This document shows positions 12,667 to 21,945 of a DNA stretch of 64,000 nt, one piece after another. The number at the start of each line of letters is the position of its first letter. Position 1 is the first letter of the stretch. Below the pieces are notes generated by a model. It ran no database searches and was not told where the DNA came from. It saw only the letters and a list, made by a program, of their open reading frames with translations. The stretch lies in NCBI GenBank assembly GCA_027923505.1, contig BROI01000013.1:62001-126000 (forward strand), read 5' to 3'. This stretch comes from Mayamaea pseudoterrestris. Taxonomy: Eukaryota. The position numbers and the translations under genes were made by a program.

Positions 12667-13554
12667 CTATATCTTCGTTTGCAAATCTTCAAAGTTGGCC
12701 ACTGCGCATATGCCTTGATCGCGCCATTCGTAAATTACTCGGCCTCCTCGACCAGTTATCAGACACCCTCCAAGCTGCGTCAAAACTCCATTCTGCAGTG
12801 CTTCCTCATCTGGAGCAAGTTTTTGCCACTCGGCGAGAGAGACGCCAAGCATGGATTGCAAGCGAAGCGTCGCCAGTTCTAGTGGTCGTCGCGGCCAAGA
12901 GCCGACCAAGGGTAACTCTTGAAACTTATTACTGGCAACCTCTCCATTACTATTGAGTTCCAACGCAGTGTCCGGCCATCTCCCCTTCCTCTGACCAACA
13001 GTCAATGCATCTTCAATCCATGGCTGTCCGGCAAAGGGATTACCTAGATATCCGCCAATCACAGCAGGAAGTGTCGCCCACGCTCCGAGTCCAAATAGCA
13101 TTCCGAAAAGCTTGAGAAACGGGTGAACGTCCACATTGTCGGGTAGCCAGCCTCGAGAAACTCCAAATACTCTTCCCGCCTCTCCTCGATTGTCGACCCA
13201 CACCTGAATGTCGTTCGGCAAGTCGAGCAGTTCAACTAGAGCCTGCGCGGCTTGCGGTTGGCAATTCAACAGCAACGCGCACTGATCCACCTTCTTCTCG
13301 TCTCGAAGTCTCGGCCAGTAGTAGCGCAGTCGCTGCCCATACTCGATTGCGTTAAAATCAGCCGCATACGTGCCGAACACGAGTAGGGACTTGCGCGACG
13401 GATGGTTAAGCCAGTCGAATATGTCAACGGACGAGTTTTCGTCGTACGCTGATAGGACTTTGACGCCCTGTAGCGACTGAACTTGGAACCCTTGAGCGAC
13501 AATGTATAGTTGAAGCAGTATGCCTACGGTCAGCGCCAACGAGGGGTGCGTCAT
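12667..13554 (-). CDS. AhpC/TSA-2 (AAED1/PRXL2-like) thioredoxin-fold protein, probably plastid-targeted
   Basis: RPLELATLRLQSM and LTQLGG..IYEWRDQGI motifs typical of the algal/plant family; signal peptide followed by AQG-F. Confidence 0.75.
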   Translation of the reverse strand: MTHPSLALTVGILLQLYIVAQGFQVQSLQGVKVLSAYDENSSVDIFDWLNHPSRKSLLVFGTYAADFNAIEYGQRLRYYWPRLRDEKKVDQCALLLNCQPQAAQALVELLDLPNDIQVWVDNRGEAGRVFGVSRGWLPDNVDVHPFLKLFGMLFGLGAWATLPAVIGGYLGNPFAGQPWIEDALTVGQRKGRWPDTALELNSNGEVASNKFQELPLVGSWPRRPLELATLRLQSMLGVSLAEWQKLAPDEEALQNGVLTQLGGCLITGRGGRVIYEWRDQGICAVANFEDLQTKI

Positions 13555-13627
13555 GGCGGTAGGCGTTGCCGAGAAGATAAAGACGAAAGAATGAACGCAT
13601 TCACGCGGTGCACTGACGATATAAGAG

Positions 13628-14277
13628 TGACGTGCCTTGTGACGTAATTGACACTGGCACTCGTTTCGTACTATTGCCTTGCGACGTAATTGACACTGGC
13701 ACTCGTTTCGTACTATTGCCTTGTGACGTAATTGACACTGGCACTCGTTTCGTACTATTGCCTAGTGACGTAATTGACACTGGCACTCGTTTCGTACTAT
13801 TGCCTTGTGACGTAATTGACACTGGCACTCGTTTCGTACTATAGCCTTTTCACTGGCACTCGTTTCGTACTATTGCCTTGTGACGTAATTGACACTGGCA
13901 CTCGTTTCGTACTATTGCCTTTTCACTGGCACTCGTTTCGTACTATTGCCTTGTGACGTAATTGACACTGGCACTTGTTTCATACTATTGCCTGATGACG
14001 TAGTTTTCACTGGCACTCGTTTCGTACTATTGCCTTGTGACGTAATTGACACTGGCTTTCGTTTCATACTATTGCCTAGTGACGCAGTTTTCATTGGCAC
14101 TCGTTTCGTACTATTGCCTAATGACGACGTTTTCAAATATAAGAGGCTTATTCGGAAATGACGTAGTTTCCACTGGCACTCGTTTCGTACTATTGCCTTG
14201 TGACGTAATTGACACTGGCACTCGTTTCGTACTATTGCCTAATGACGTAGTTTTCACTGGCACTCGTTTCGTACTAT
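13628..14277. repeat. Tandem minisatellite, 42-bp unit TGCCTTGTGACGTAATTGACACTGGCACTCGTTTCGTACTAT, about 15 units with two subtypes and 31-bp deletion units
   Basis: Units start at 13633, 13675, 13717, 13759, 13801, 13843 (short), 13874, 13916 (short), 13947, 13989, 14031, 14073, interrupted 14115-14193, then 14194, 14236. Confidence 0.97.
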
Positions 14278-14358
14278 AGCCCGGAAGTCATCCGTCGAAA
14301 CTACATGGCCACAAAACGCAATCAACAATCAACCATTGAGAGTCAATGAAATCAAACC

Positions 14359-15720
14359 ATGCGCCTTATCAATTCATTTTTCCTCGTTGTTACACATGCC
14401 TATTGCCTGATAAAGAGGGTAACTGGGTTCCAACTAACGCCAGGAAGATGGAGAAGTAATGGCGTATTGAGACCAAGCACTACGTTGCTCGAACGAACAC
14501 CAGGTAAAGGCTTCGGCAGCAAGATGAAAGCAAACGGTCCACTCGCTGACTTGAGCGAGGAACGGAAGGCCAATCTCTTTCAAGCGCTTTTACGAGACTT
14601 GCAGATTGAAGGCGTTCCATTGCTTGGTGTCGACGCAACCCAAGTGCATACGCTGCAAGCCGCTGTCTGGACGACGCTGAGTGAACTTTGCGACAGTCCA
14701 ATCGCACAAAAAGCGTGTTTAGTGTTCGAATACATTCCGATTAGCGCACTCCAACCATTTGTCGATGACTTTATGATTCTCAAGACGCAGACGGAAAAGA
14801 CAATGCACCTAGCCGAGATTCATCGCGTCAGTCTCTCCATGGTTGGTAAAGGAGCAGGTCCAGCAATCCTCATTGAAATTGCTAATGCCACTGACCGTAG
14901 TCAGCATGAAAGATCAGACACTTTCTCGCATACTGATAATGAGAAATGCACGTCGGCCATGAAGGCTTTTATCAAGCGCGTCGTCATTGGTGAAAGTGCT
15001 TGTCCACATGTTGATTCGACGGAACATGCTCCCAGCAATCTTGCGAACGTTACTCCTCAACGCATCGAGTATAAAGTTTGTCAGAAACTGGACGCCTTTC
15101 ATGTTCTCTCTAGTTTTTGGAATTCTGTCTGTGAACTGTCCGCCTGTACCGAAATTGCAACATTGGTGCTCGCATTGCCGAGCGTCGGCACCAGTCAATC
15201 CAACTCGGTAGAATCCAATCATGCACGCTTTGTCAATGTTGCCGAACTATTGAGTCGTTATCTATGCCTTTACAAGGGCGACGGTGTCTACGAGCTGCTG
15301 CACTTTCATCCCAATTATACGCGCGACTGGATCAATCCGCGCGATCGCCCTGCCCACGGACATTTACCTCCTACCAGTTGGCTCGCACCTATGCTGCGAC
15401 GTAATGGAAATGATGACGCGGCCAGTCGGTTGACCAAGGATGAATATGAGTGCTCCAACTTTCAGCGACGATCGCCAGTCCCAGCCGTTTGCATCAAGCG
15501 CGTCGAACAATTAGAGCATGCCACGGATGGAGCAAGTGGTATAATTCAATTAAAGCTGGACGATGGATCGACGGCTTCAGCGAGTGGGGTACCAACTTAC
15601 GCGAGAAACACGATGCGTCTTGCAAGTGCCGGACAGGAAGCTCTCCAGAAGGCTCTGGATCTAGACCGAGCCTTGCTAAATACGTATCCGCAAGCAAATG
15701 AAACCGTCACTGAGGATTAG
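14359..15720 (+). CDS. DUF1415-like protein, probably plastid-targeted
   Basis: 453-aa ORF; VVIG..ACP, HFHPNY, NFQRRSPVP and YARNT.RL resemble the DUF1415 pattern; hydrophobic N-terminus then VTG-F. Confidence 0.55.
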   Translation: MRLINSFFLVVTHAYCLIKRVTGFQLTPGRWRSNGVLRPSTTLLERTPGKGFGSKMKANGPLADLSEERKANLFQALLRDLQIEGVPLLGVDATQVHTLQAAVWTTLSELCDSPIAQKACLVFEYIPISALQPFVDDFMILKTQTEKTMHLAEIHRVSLSMVGKGAGPAILIEIANATDRSQHERSDTFSHTDNEKCTSAMKAFIKRVVIGESACPHVDSTEHAPSNLANVTPQRIEYKVCQKLDAFHVLSSFWNSVCELSACTEIATLVLALPSVGTSQSNSVESNHARFVNVAELLSRYLCLYKGDGVYELLHFHPNYTRDWINPRDRPAHGHLPPTSWLAPMLRRNGNDDAASRLTKDEYECSNFQRRSPVPAVCIKRVEQLEHATDGASGIIQLKLDDGSTASASGVPTYARNTMRLASAGQEALQKALDLDRALLNTYPQANETVTED

Positions 15721-15843
15721 TAAAATCAATGTTCTAAACAGATGATTCATATATGGTCTACCGTAGTTGCAAGAACGTGGTATCTCAAATAGCATTCGCA
15801 AATACATTACAGTTTGACATGCATCGTCATATTTGCAACTTGG

Positions 15844-17108
15844 CTAGAAAAGGTCCAAAAGAAAGTCACCAAGCTCCGAATCGTCAAGAGGCGGAATAAT
15901 GTCGTCCATTGCCAGCGTTTCCAAAAACGCCAAGTCTTCCGGGCCTTCGTCCTGGTAAACCTCCGACGCTTGGAGGGACGAAATAACATCGTCTGGCTTG
16001 TTCGTGTCAACCGTGAAAGCCGCAGGTTCATCAAGAGTGTCGTTGGGAACTAAAGGAATTGTGCCATTGCCGCTGATCTTCACTGCTGGAATGGTGATCT
16101 TATCGGGCCAAAAAAACCATCATGTTTAATTGACCCAGTGGGAAAATTAAGTGGACCAAGCTTTAGAGTTTCAAGTGTCGCTGCTCAACAAGTGGCAAGC
16201 GTACTTAGGACAGATGATAAGTGCATCATGCATGTCAGCAAGGGTGAAACTCGAAGGAACTTGGTCCATGGGTGATAGATTCGTGTCGCTGCTGGACGCG
16301 AGATCATCTTACGCGGCAACAGCAATTCATCCTTTTCGCTCTCTTGACAAAACTCCAAAAGGGAACCAACAACTTGGGTGGGACTGACAGGAGCGGCGAC
16401 GGCGGAAAACAAGTCACTTGAAGGAATCGACATGGGAATAGGCGTAGTAACGGACGATTCGCGCAGGTGGGAAGCGCGTGAGATTACAGCATCAGGAACG
16501 ATAAAAGGAGAGTCAAAGGTCTCGCGTTCGTCTTCCAAGCTTGCAATCTCCTTCATAATGCACTGGTACTTGACCTTGTACTCTTCAACCTCCTTCTCAA
16601 GCTCGACAATGCGTTCGCGCTGTCGCTGGCGCGAGGCTGCCGCAGACTCTCGATTTCGCTTGCGACGTTCCTCCTGTTTATAAAAGATGATAAAAGATTA
16701 GAGGAGTCAGTATTCATAGTTGCCTGATTATCAATCGCCCAATAAAGAGCGACTAAAAAAGGCCTTGGTGAAACGTACCCGACGCCACGCCGCAAGGTCC
16801 TCTTTGGTCATCTCCTTGGCAATCTCTACGGGCGGCTCATACTTCATTTGCAATCGCTTGTTCGTTGCTTCAAGAATTTTGCGTTTCTTGACCATGGGCG
16901 CTGCGAACTCCTCAACGTCGCTAATAACCTCCGGGCGAACTACATCGAAGCTGCTGGTGCTCGTAAGAACGTCTGGCCAAGCCAAAATATCCGGCGGATC
17001 CAGAGTGCATTTGCGAATGGCATCAAGGGCTCCATCGCAAGAAACAACAGAAAGCTCTGATGAGGAGATTGTACTAGGAAGCACGCGAGAAAAGGACGAG
17101 TCGGCCAT
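15844..17108 (-). CDS. bZIP transcription factor, HAC1/XBP1/bZIP60-like candidate; spliceosomal intron 16674-16778 plus second intron (proposed unconventional) 16086-16291
   Basis: After GT-AG splicing reads WRREERRKRNRESAAASRQRQRERIVELEKEVEEYKVKY (basic region plus zipper). Unspliced frame stops at 16185-16187. Downstream acidic ORF 15844-16083 is reached only by a second splice. Confidence 0.9.
16052..16336 (-). other. Putative IRE1-type twin stem-loop RNA structure (unconventional intron 16086-16291)
   Basis: 5' hairpin TCGCGTC-CAGCAGC-GACACGA (loop 16294-16288); 3' hairpin TTC-CAGCAGT-GAA (loop 16088-16082); flanking exons complementary (TTGCCGC/GCGGCAA, TGATCT/AGATCA, AATTG/CAATT, AAAGG/CCTTT). 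Confidence 0.75.
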
Positions 17109-17243
17109 GGTCAAGATGATCGGTCTTGGGTGGGAATTGCGAGGAGAAGGGATTTCGGTTTTATGCGCGTCTGGCCGTGAACCAACGTCAGTCCGACGTG
17201 CGTCAGAACTTTTCGATCGGATGCAGTTCAACCACACATTACA

Positions 17244-17257
17244 ATGACGTGTCCATC
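17244..17257. promoter_or_regulatory. UPRE/CRE-like ATGACGTGT element about 140 bp upstream of the bZIP start
   Basis: ATGACGTGTCCATC seen directly; resembles ACGT-core UPR elements bound by XBP1/bZIP60-type factors. Confidence 0.35.
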
Positions 17258-17750
17258 AAGTTGCGAACGAAGAATTGTTCTCTCGAGTATTTGGGCGTGA
17301 TCAGCTATTTCTCTACTATCAGGAATCTCTAGCAACATCGCTACAGGTACTTTGGGACAATAAACATACACAACACTGACGGGTTGTTCGAAAGGCAAAT
17401 ACCGGTAGGCCCACTATTCTATTCAAAAGTACTAAATGTGTGATACTTATTCCTAGTACACTAATCGCATCGTCTGCACATGGATCTCCTAAACTAAGGG
17501 TACTTCTACAGCACCAGCTCAGGATCAGCGCCTCCAACATTATCAACTCTTTCAACGCCTTCTCCGTAGAAGCCGACAGCTCATGAGCAAAGTCGAGCGC
17601 ATGAACGTGCAAGCCTACTTCCAGCACGGCACTGTGCTTGCCCTTGGTGTCGTAGACAATCACTCCACTATAACATGCACCGACTTTGCACAGTTGTCAG
17701 ATTCCCAGCAATCTTAACAAATGTCAAGAGTATGTCATTGGTCGCGCTCT

Positions 17751-20084
17751 CTAGCCTTCAATTTGCTCGTCAAACTGTTCCTGCGAAATAGCGTGCCGAC
17801 GAAGCTTCTTGTATAATCGTTCTTCTTTGGCAAGCTCCTCCCAGTCGTCAGTTATACGAGCATTCTTTCCTCGTTTCTTGTCTGGATTGCGCCCTTTTGC
17901 TTTGTTAAATTCCCGTCGCTCCTTTTCTTTGCGCTCCTTGTCAGCTTGCTTCTGCTCAAGCTTCATTTGCTTGGCAGTCTTGCCGCCTCGCTCCAAATCT
18001 TCCTTTAACCGCTTCTGACGAACCTTTTCTCTAGCCTTGTCCTTGTAAGGAATCGCAAAAATATCAATTTCTCGACCGGCTGATGTAAAATGAGGCAGCT
18101 TGCCCTTGTGCTTCTGCATGGCAACGCTTAGTTCCGGCATTTTTGGCAAACGCAACAGGCAGAACGATGTCGCCAAGTGACCTAGATCAAGCGATGCGAA
18201 CCTAGAACACAAAAAACAGTTGTGTGAGCACTGGGTTGCTGTCATATCCTGCTGAGCGTCGATCGACAGGGAATTTCGCCCAAGGACGACGGCAACTACT
18301 GATCACCATTGTCGCCCCTGTAATTTTGCACGCCAAGGGCCTAAATGCCATATCCAACAATCCATTTTAGACCGTTCGTTGACAGCTATAACCCATCGCC
18401 TCTTGCAACTACAGGTTTTTGACATTCGAGTTCGACGTACCTGAAAATAAACGCACAATGATGCTCCTTGTAAGCGCGTACATACGACGTGAACGCCTTT
18501 GTACCCTTTTCCAGCAAATCGCGGTCACCGAGTACTAGCTCGCGTATTTTCGGCAGCACATTGTCTATCTTGACATTGGAATTTGAGGCGCTGCGAATGA
18601 CGCGGTGTCCCGACTCGTCACGTTCAATGCGCGATGACGTAGTCAACTCATCATCTGCCAACTCGAGCGGACAGCAACGTTCGGTGAAAGGCAGTTGCAA
18701 CATGGGGACCCTTCTATTTGCGAGAAGCTCAAGGTAAGCTTCTTCCTTTCCAGTCAAAAACAGTAGACTCTGCCCGTTACGACCAGCTCGTGCCGACCGC
18801 CCAACCCGGTGGACGAAAAAGGCAGGATCCTGCGGCGCATCAAACTGCACCACCCAATCAACGTCAGACACATCAAGTCCACGCGCCGCCACATCCGTAC
18901 AAAACAGCGCAAAGCCTCTGGAACTCACTGTTTCAAGAGTATCGTCTGAAGCCAGAGTACCTTCGCGAAGACGGTCCATGGACTTTTCGCGCCGCGGTTG
19001 CATCATCTTGCCATGCAGCAGCTCTATCGAATTCGTGTCTTTCAAAATTTCCTTTAATGCTGTCCCATAAAAGTCTACGCAAGCACACGTCAAGAAAAAA
19101 ACGATCATTTTTTCGTCTCGATGATCCTGGAGAAAGGCTGCCAAGCGCGAAAGTTTCTCCGTCACAGTTGTCACCACGTAGTAATTTGTCAATGTAGATG
19201 GCGTCGCCTGCTGCTTGCTGCTGCCATCTTGCTCATTGTTCTTGGCATGAACGGCAACGTCAATCCAAACAGGATTGCGCATACCGGCCCGCTGCATCCA
19301 CTCCTTGAGCGTACTATTCGTGGACGAGTTGGTCGTAGCACTAAAAAGTCCCGTCCTTCGCATTTTAGGTAGCTTGGAAAGAATGTTGCAAAGCGTCTGG
19401 GCGAACCCGAGATTTAAAAGGACGTCGCATTCCTGCGTAAACAAGTGTAGATGTGAGATTTGTTGTAAAGGCAAAAATTGGTTCCACCAATTGTTAACTT
19501 ACATCGAGCACAAGGACTTCCAATTCACTCGTATCCATCACAGCATACTTGGTCAAAACGTCCTCTACTCGTCCCGGTGTTCCAATGATGATATCGCTTG
19601 CATGTAGTTGAAACGCCTTCAAGTCAGCTGTGACGGGTCGTGACGATGCTGCACTGCTCTTCGACGAGGATCCACCCGTCAAAAGCAAGGGTTCAGGTCT
19701 CCCGCAAGCACTGCAAAGATCCTTGGCAACGCGATGCGTCTGCAAAGCGAGTTCCCGCGTCGGACTCAGCACTAGTCCGCCAATCTGCTGTTTCTTGAAG
19801 GTTTTGCGGCCAAGGAGTTCAACAATGGGTATCAAAAAGGCAAGAGTCTTTCCAGATCCAGTGACAGCTTGAACGGCGACATCTTTATGCGATAGAAAAA
19901 GAGGAATTGTTGCGGCTTGGACGGGGGTCATGCGCGTAAAGTTTTGCGCGTCAGTGTAGGCCAAGACGCCGTCCGAAAGGAGCTGCAAGTCGCGAAATGA
20001 TTTGGGCCCTTCCGAAGAACGAGTCAATTGCTGTTGGCATTCATCGTTGCCAGTAATGCTTGGCTGTAGACGTTTCTTCGTCAT
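17751..20084 (-). CDS. DDX55: DEAD-box RNA helicase DDX55/Spb4; introns 19433-19502 and 18202-18440
   Basis: Q motif [36 protein letters not shown] (across intron), [37 protein letters not shown], basic C-terminal tail. Confidence 0.92.
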
Positions 20085-20311
20085 GCTGGCTGCTCATGCG
20101 CTGATGAAGCGTCAATCTGTCTTGGAGTGATTGTTCTGTCGAGTAGCAATACTACGCGTAATGCCAACAAAACGTTTCGCGAGAATCGGTGGCTGCAACG
20201 ATCACCGGTACGACTTCCAAGATCTGCCGCGCCGTCGCGCCACCATGGTGCGCCATTTTTCGTTTCTTCACTGTGCCTCCTCTCCCTCGCATCTCGCATT
20301 GCCATTGCCCC

Positions 20312-21748
20312 ATGATCCAGTCACTCTTCATCTTGTCCCCCGTCGGAGAAGTGCTAATCGAACGTCACTTCCGAGGAGTCATGACCTCTCGATCCGTCTG
20401 CGAACACTTTTGGGAGCGAGCAAGTGAGTCGGTTCATCATCACGGCGGAATCTCAAACACAACCACGACGTCGTTACTACGCAACCAGCATCATTACAAT
20501 ACGGTACCGCCTGTCATGGAAGTCCCAGAGAGTGATCAAGGAACTCTATACTTGATTTCAGCTTTGCGAGATGGCTTGAGTTATCTTGCCGTGTGCCCTG
20601 CCGAAGCAAGTCCCCTGCTCATACTGGAGTTTCTCCATCGCATTGCTAGTATCTTCATCGAATACTTTGGATCACCAACCGATGAGACGGCTATTAAGGA
20701 CAACTTCTCGACTGTCTATCAGTTACTGGAAGAGATGGTGGACTATGGATGGCCACTGACGACTGAACCAAATGCTTTAAAGGCCATGATTAAACCACCC
20801 ACCGTCATGAGTCGACTACTCAACACAACGAGTACCGTTGACGAACAACTCCCAGCGGGAACCATTAGCAACATGCCGTGGAGAGCGGCAGGTGTGTACT
20901 ACTCACAAAATGAAATATACATGGATATTGTTGAAGAGGTGGATGCAATTGTTAGTCCGAGTGGCAGTGTCATTTCGTCAGATGTCAGTGGATCCGTTCA
21001 ATGCCAGAGTCACCTCAGCGGGATTCCAGACTTGCTGCTTACTTTCAAAGATCCGTCTTTGATCGATGATTGCAGCTTTCATCCTTGTGTGCGGTATGCG
21101 CGGTATGAGAAGGATTCAATCGTTTCCTTCGTGCCGCCGGATGGGGACTTTGAGTTGATGCGCTATCGAATACATCCAGAGCAAGCGAGGAATTTTCAAC
21201 CACCCATCGTATGCAACGTGCAATGGAGCTATTTGGAACTATCCGGAGGAAGTGCGAGTGGCAGTAGTAGTCACCAAGGTGGCAATAACAGCGGCGAACC
21301 TACCAGGACGGGTCGCATTACTTTGACGGCTGGAGTTACGGCGGTCAGCAGTCTCATCTTTTCGTCTTCGCGCAAGGGACCGATGCAGGTGGAAGACATT
21401 TCCATTATTCTTCCATTTCCGAGACAGACAAGGACGACGACTGACTTTCGCGTCAACGTTGGCAGTATTATATACGATGAGCAGGCCAAGACGGCTGTTT
21501 GGCAATTAGGCACATTGGATGCGACGAAAAAGGCAACCCTTTCGTGTACCTTTACCGCGTCAGTGTCTTCCCAGAATGGCGGAACAAACCTTGCAACGCT
21601 ACCCAATCTTTCCATGCACTGGAAAGTGCCGTTAGCATCTGTAAGTGGGCTTACTGTTTCGGGCCTATCAATTACAGGCGAGTCCTACCGCCCTTACAAA
21701 GGTGTTCGCAACATTTGCCAATCGGGACTTTATCAAGTTCGACTATAA
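20312..21748 (+). CDS. AP3M: AP-3 complex subunit mu
   Basis: MIQSLFIL start; IKDNFSTVYQLLEEMVDYGWPLTTEPNALK, MPWR, NEIYMDIVEE, DDCSFHPCVR, SFVPPDGDFELMRY, PYKGVR. Confidence 0.93.
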   Translation: MIQSLFILSPVGEVLIERHFRGVMTSRSVCEHFWERASESVHHHGGISNTTTTSLLRNQHHYNTVPPVMEVPESDQGTLYLISALRDGLSYLAVCPAEASPLLILEFLHRIASIFIEYFGSPTDETAIKDNFSTVYQLLEEMVDYGWPLTTEPNALKAMIKPPTVMSRLLNTTSTVDEQLPAGTISNMPWRAAGVYYSQNEIYMDIVEEVDAIVSPSGSVISSDVSGSVQCQSHLSGIPDLLLTFKDPSLIDDCSFHPCVRYARYEKDSIVSFVPPDGDFELMRYRIHPEQARNFQPPIVCNVQWSYLELSGGSASGSSSHQGGNNSGEPTRTGRITLTAGVTAVSSLIFSSSRKGPMQVEDISIILPFPRQTRTTTDFRVNVGSIIYDEQAKTAVWQLGTLDATKKATLSCTFTASVSSQNGGTNLATLPNLSMHWKVPLASVSGLTVSGLSITGESYRPYKGVRNICQSGLYQVRL

Positions 21749-21945
21749 AGCGAGACCGGTTATTTTTACATTGCAGGATGTAGCCGCGCAAGCTTGCAAA
21801 CAAACAGGTTGACATGTGTCGATTCATAACCCTCAACACTCGAGGAGCTAGGAGTTGTACTCATTGGCTTATGGAAGTCACTGACAGGAGGTGCTGCTGA
21901 ATAGATCATGATCGACGATCATTAAACTATAAGTGATAGCATACT

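Noticed and set aside
13628..14277. CRISPR-like array (constant 27-bp core with variable intervening bases)
   Set aside because: Intervening segments are only 4-15 nt and are variants of each other, not unique spacers; no cas genes; eukaryotic context
13628..14277. Tandem hammerhead ribozymes (CGAAAC on minus strand, one CTGATGA on plus)
   Set aside because: The two core elements lie on opposite strands and CTGATGA occurs in only one unit
13601..14279. Short repetitive ORFs across the minisatellite
   Set aside because: By-product of a 42-bp unit divisible by three
17319..17663. 114-aa minus ORF and AT-rich patch upstream of the bZIP
   Set aside because: No ATG start, motif or terminal repeats; cannot support a gene or TE call
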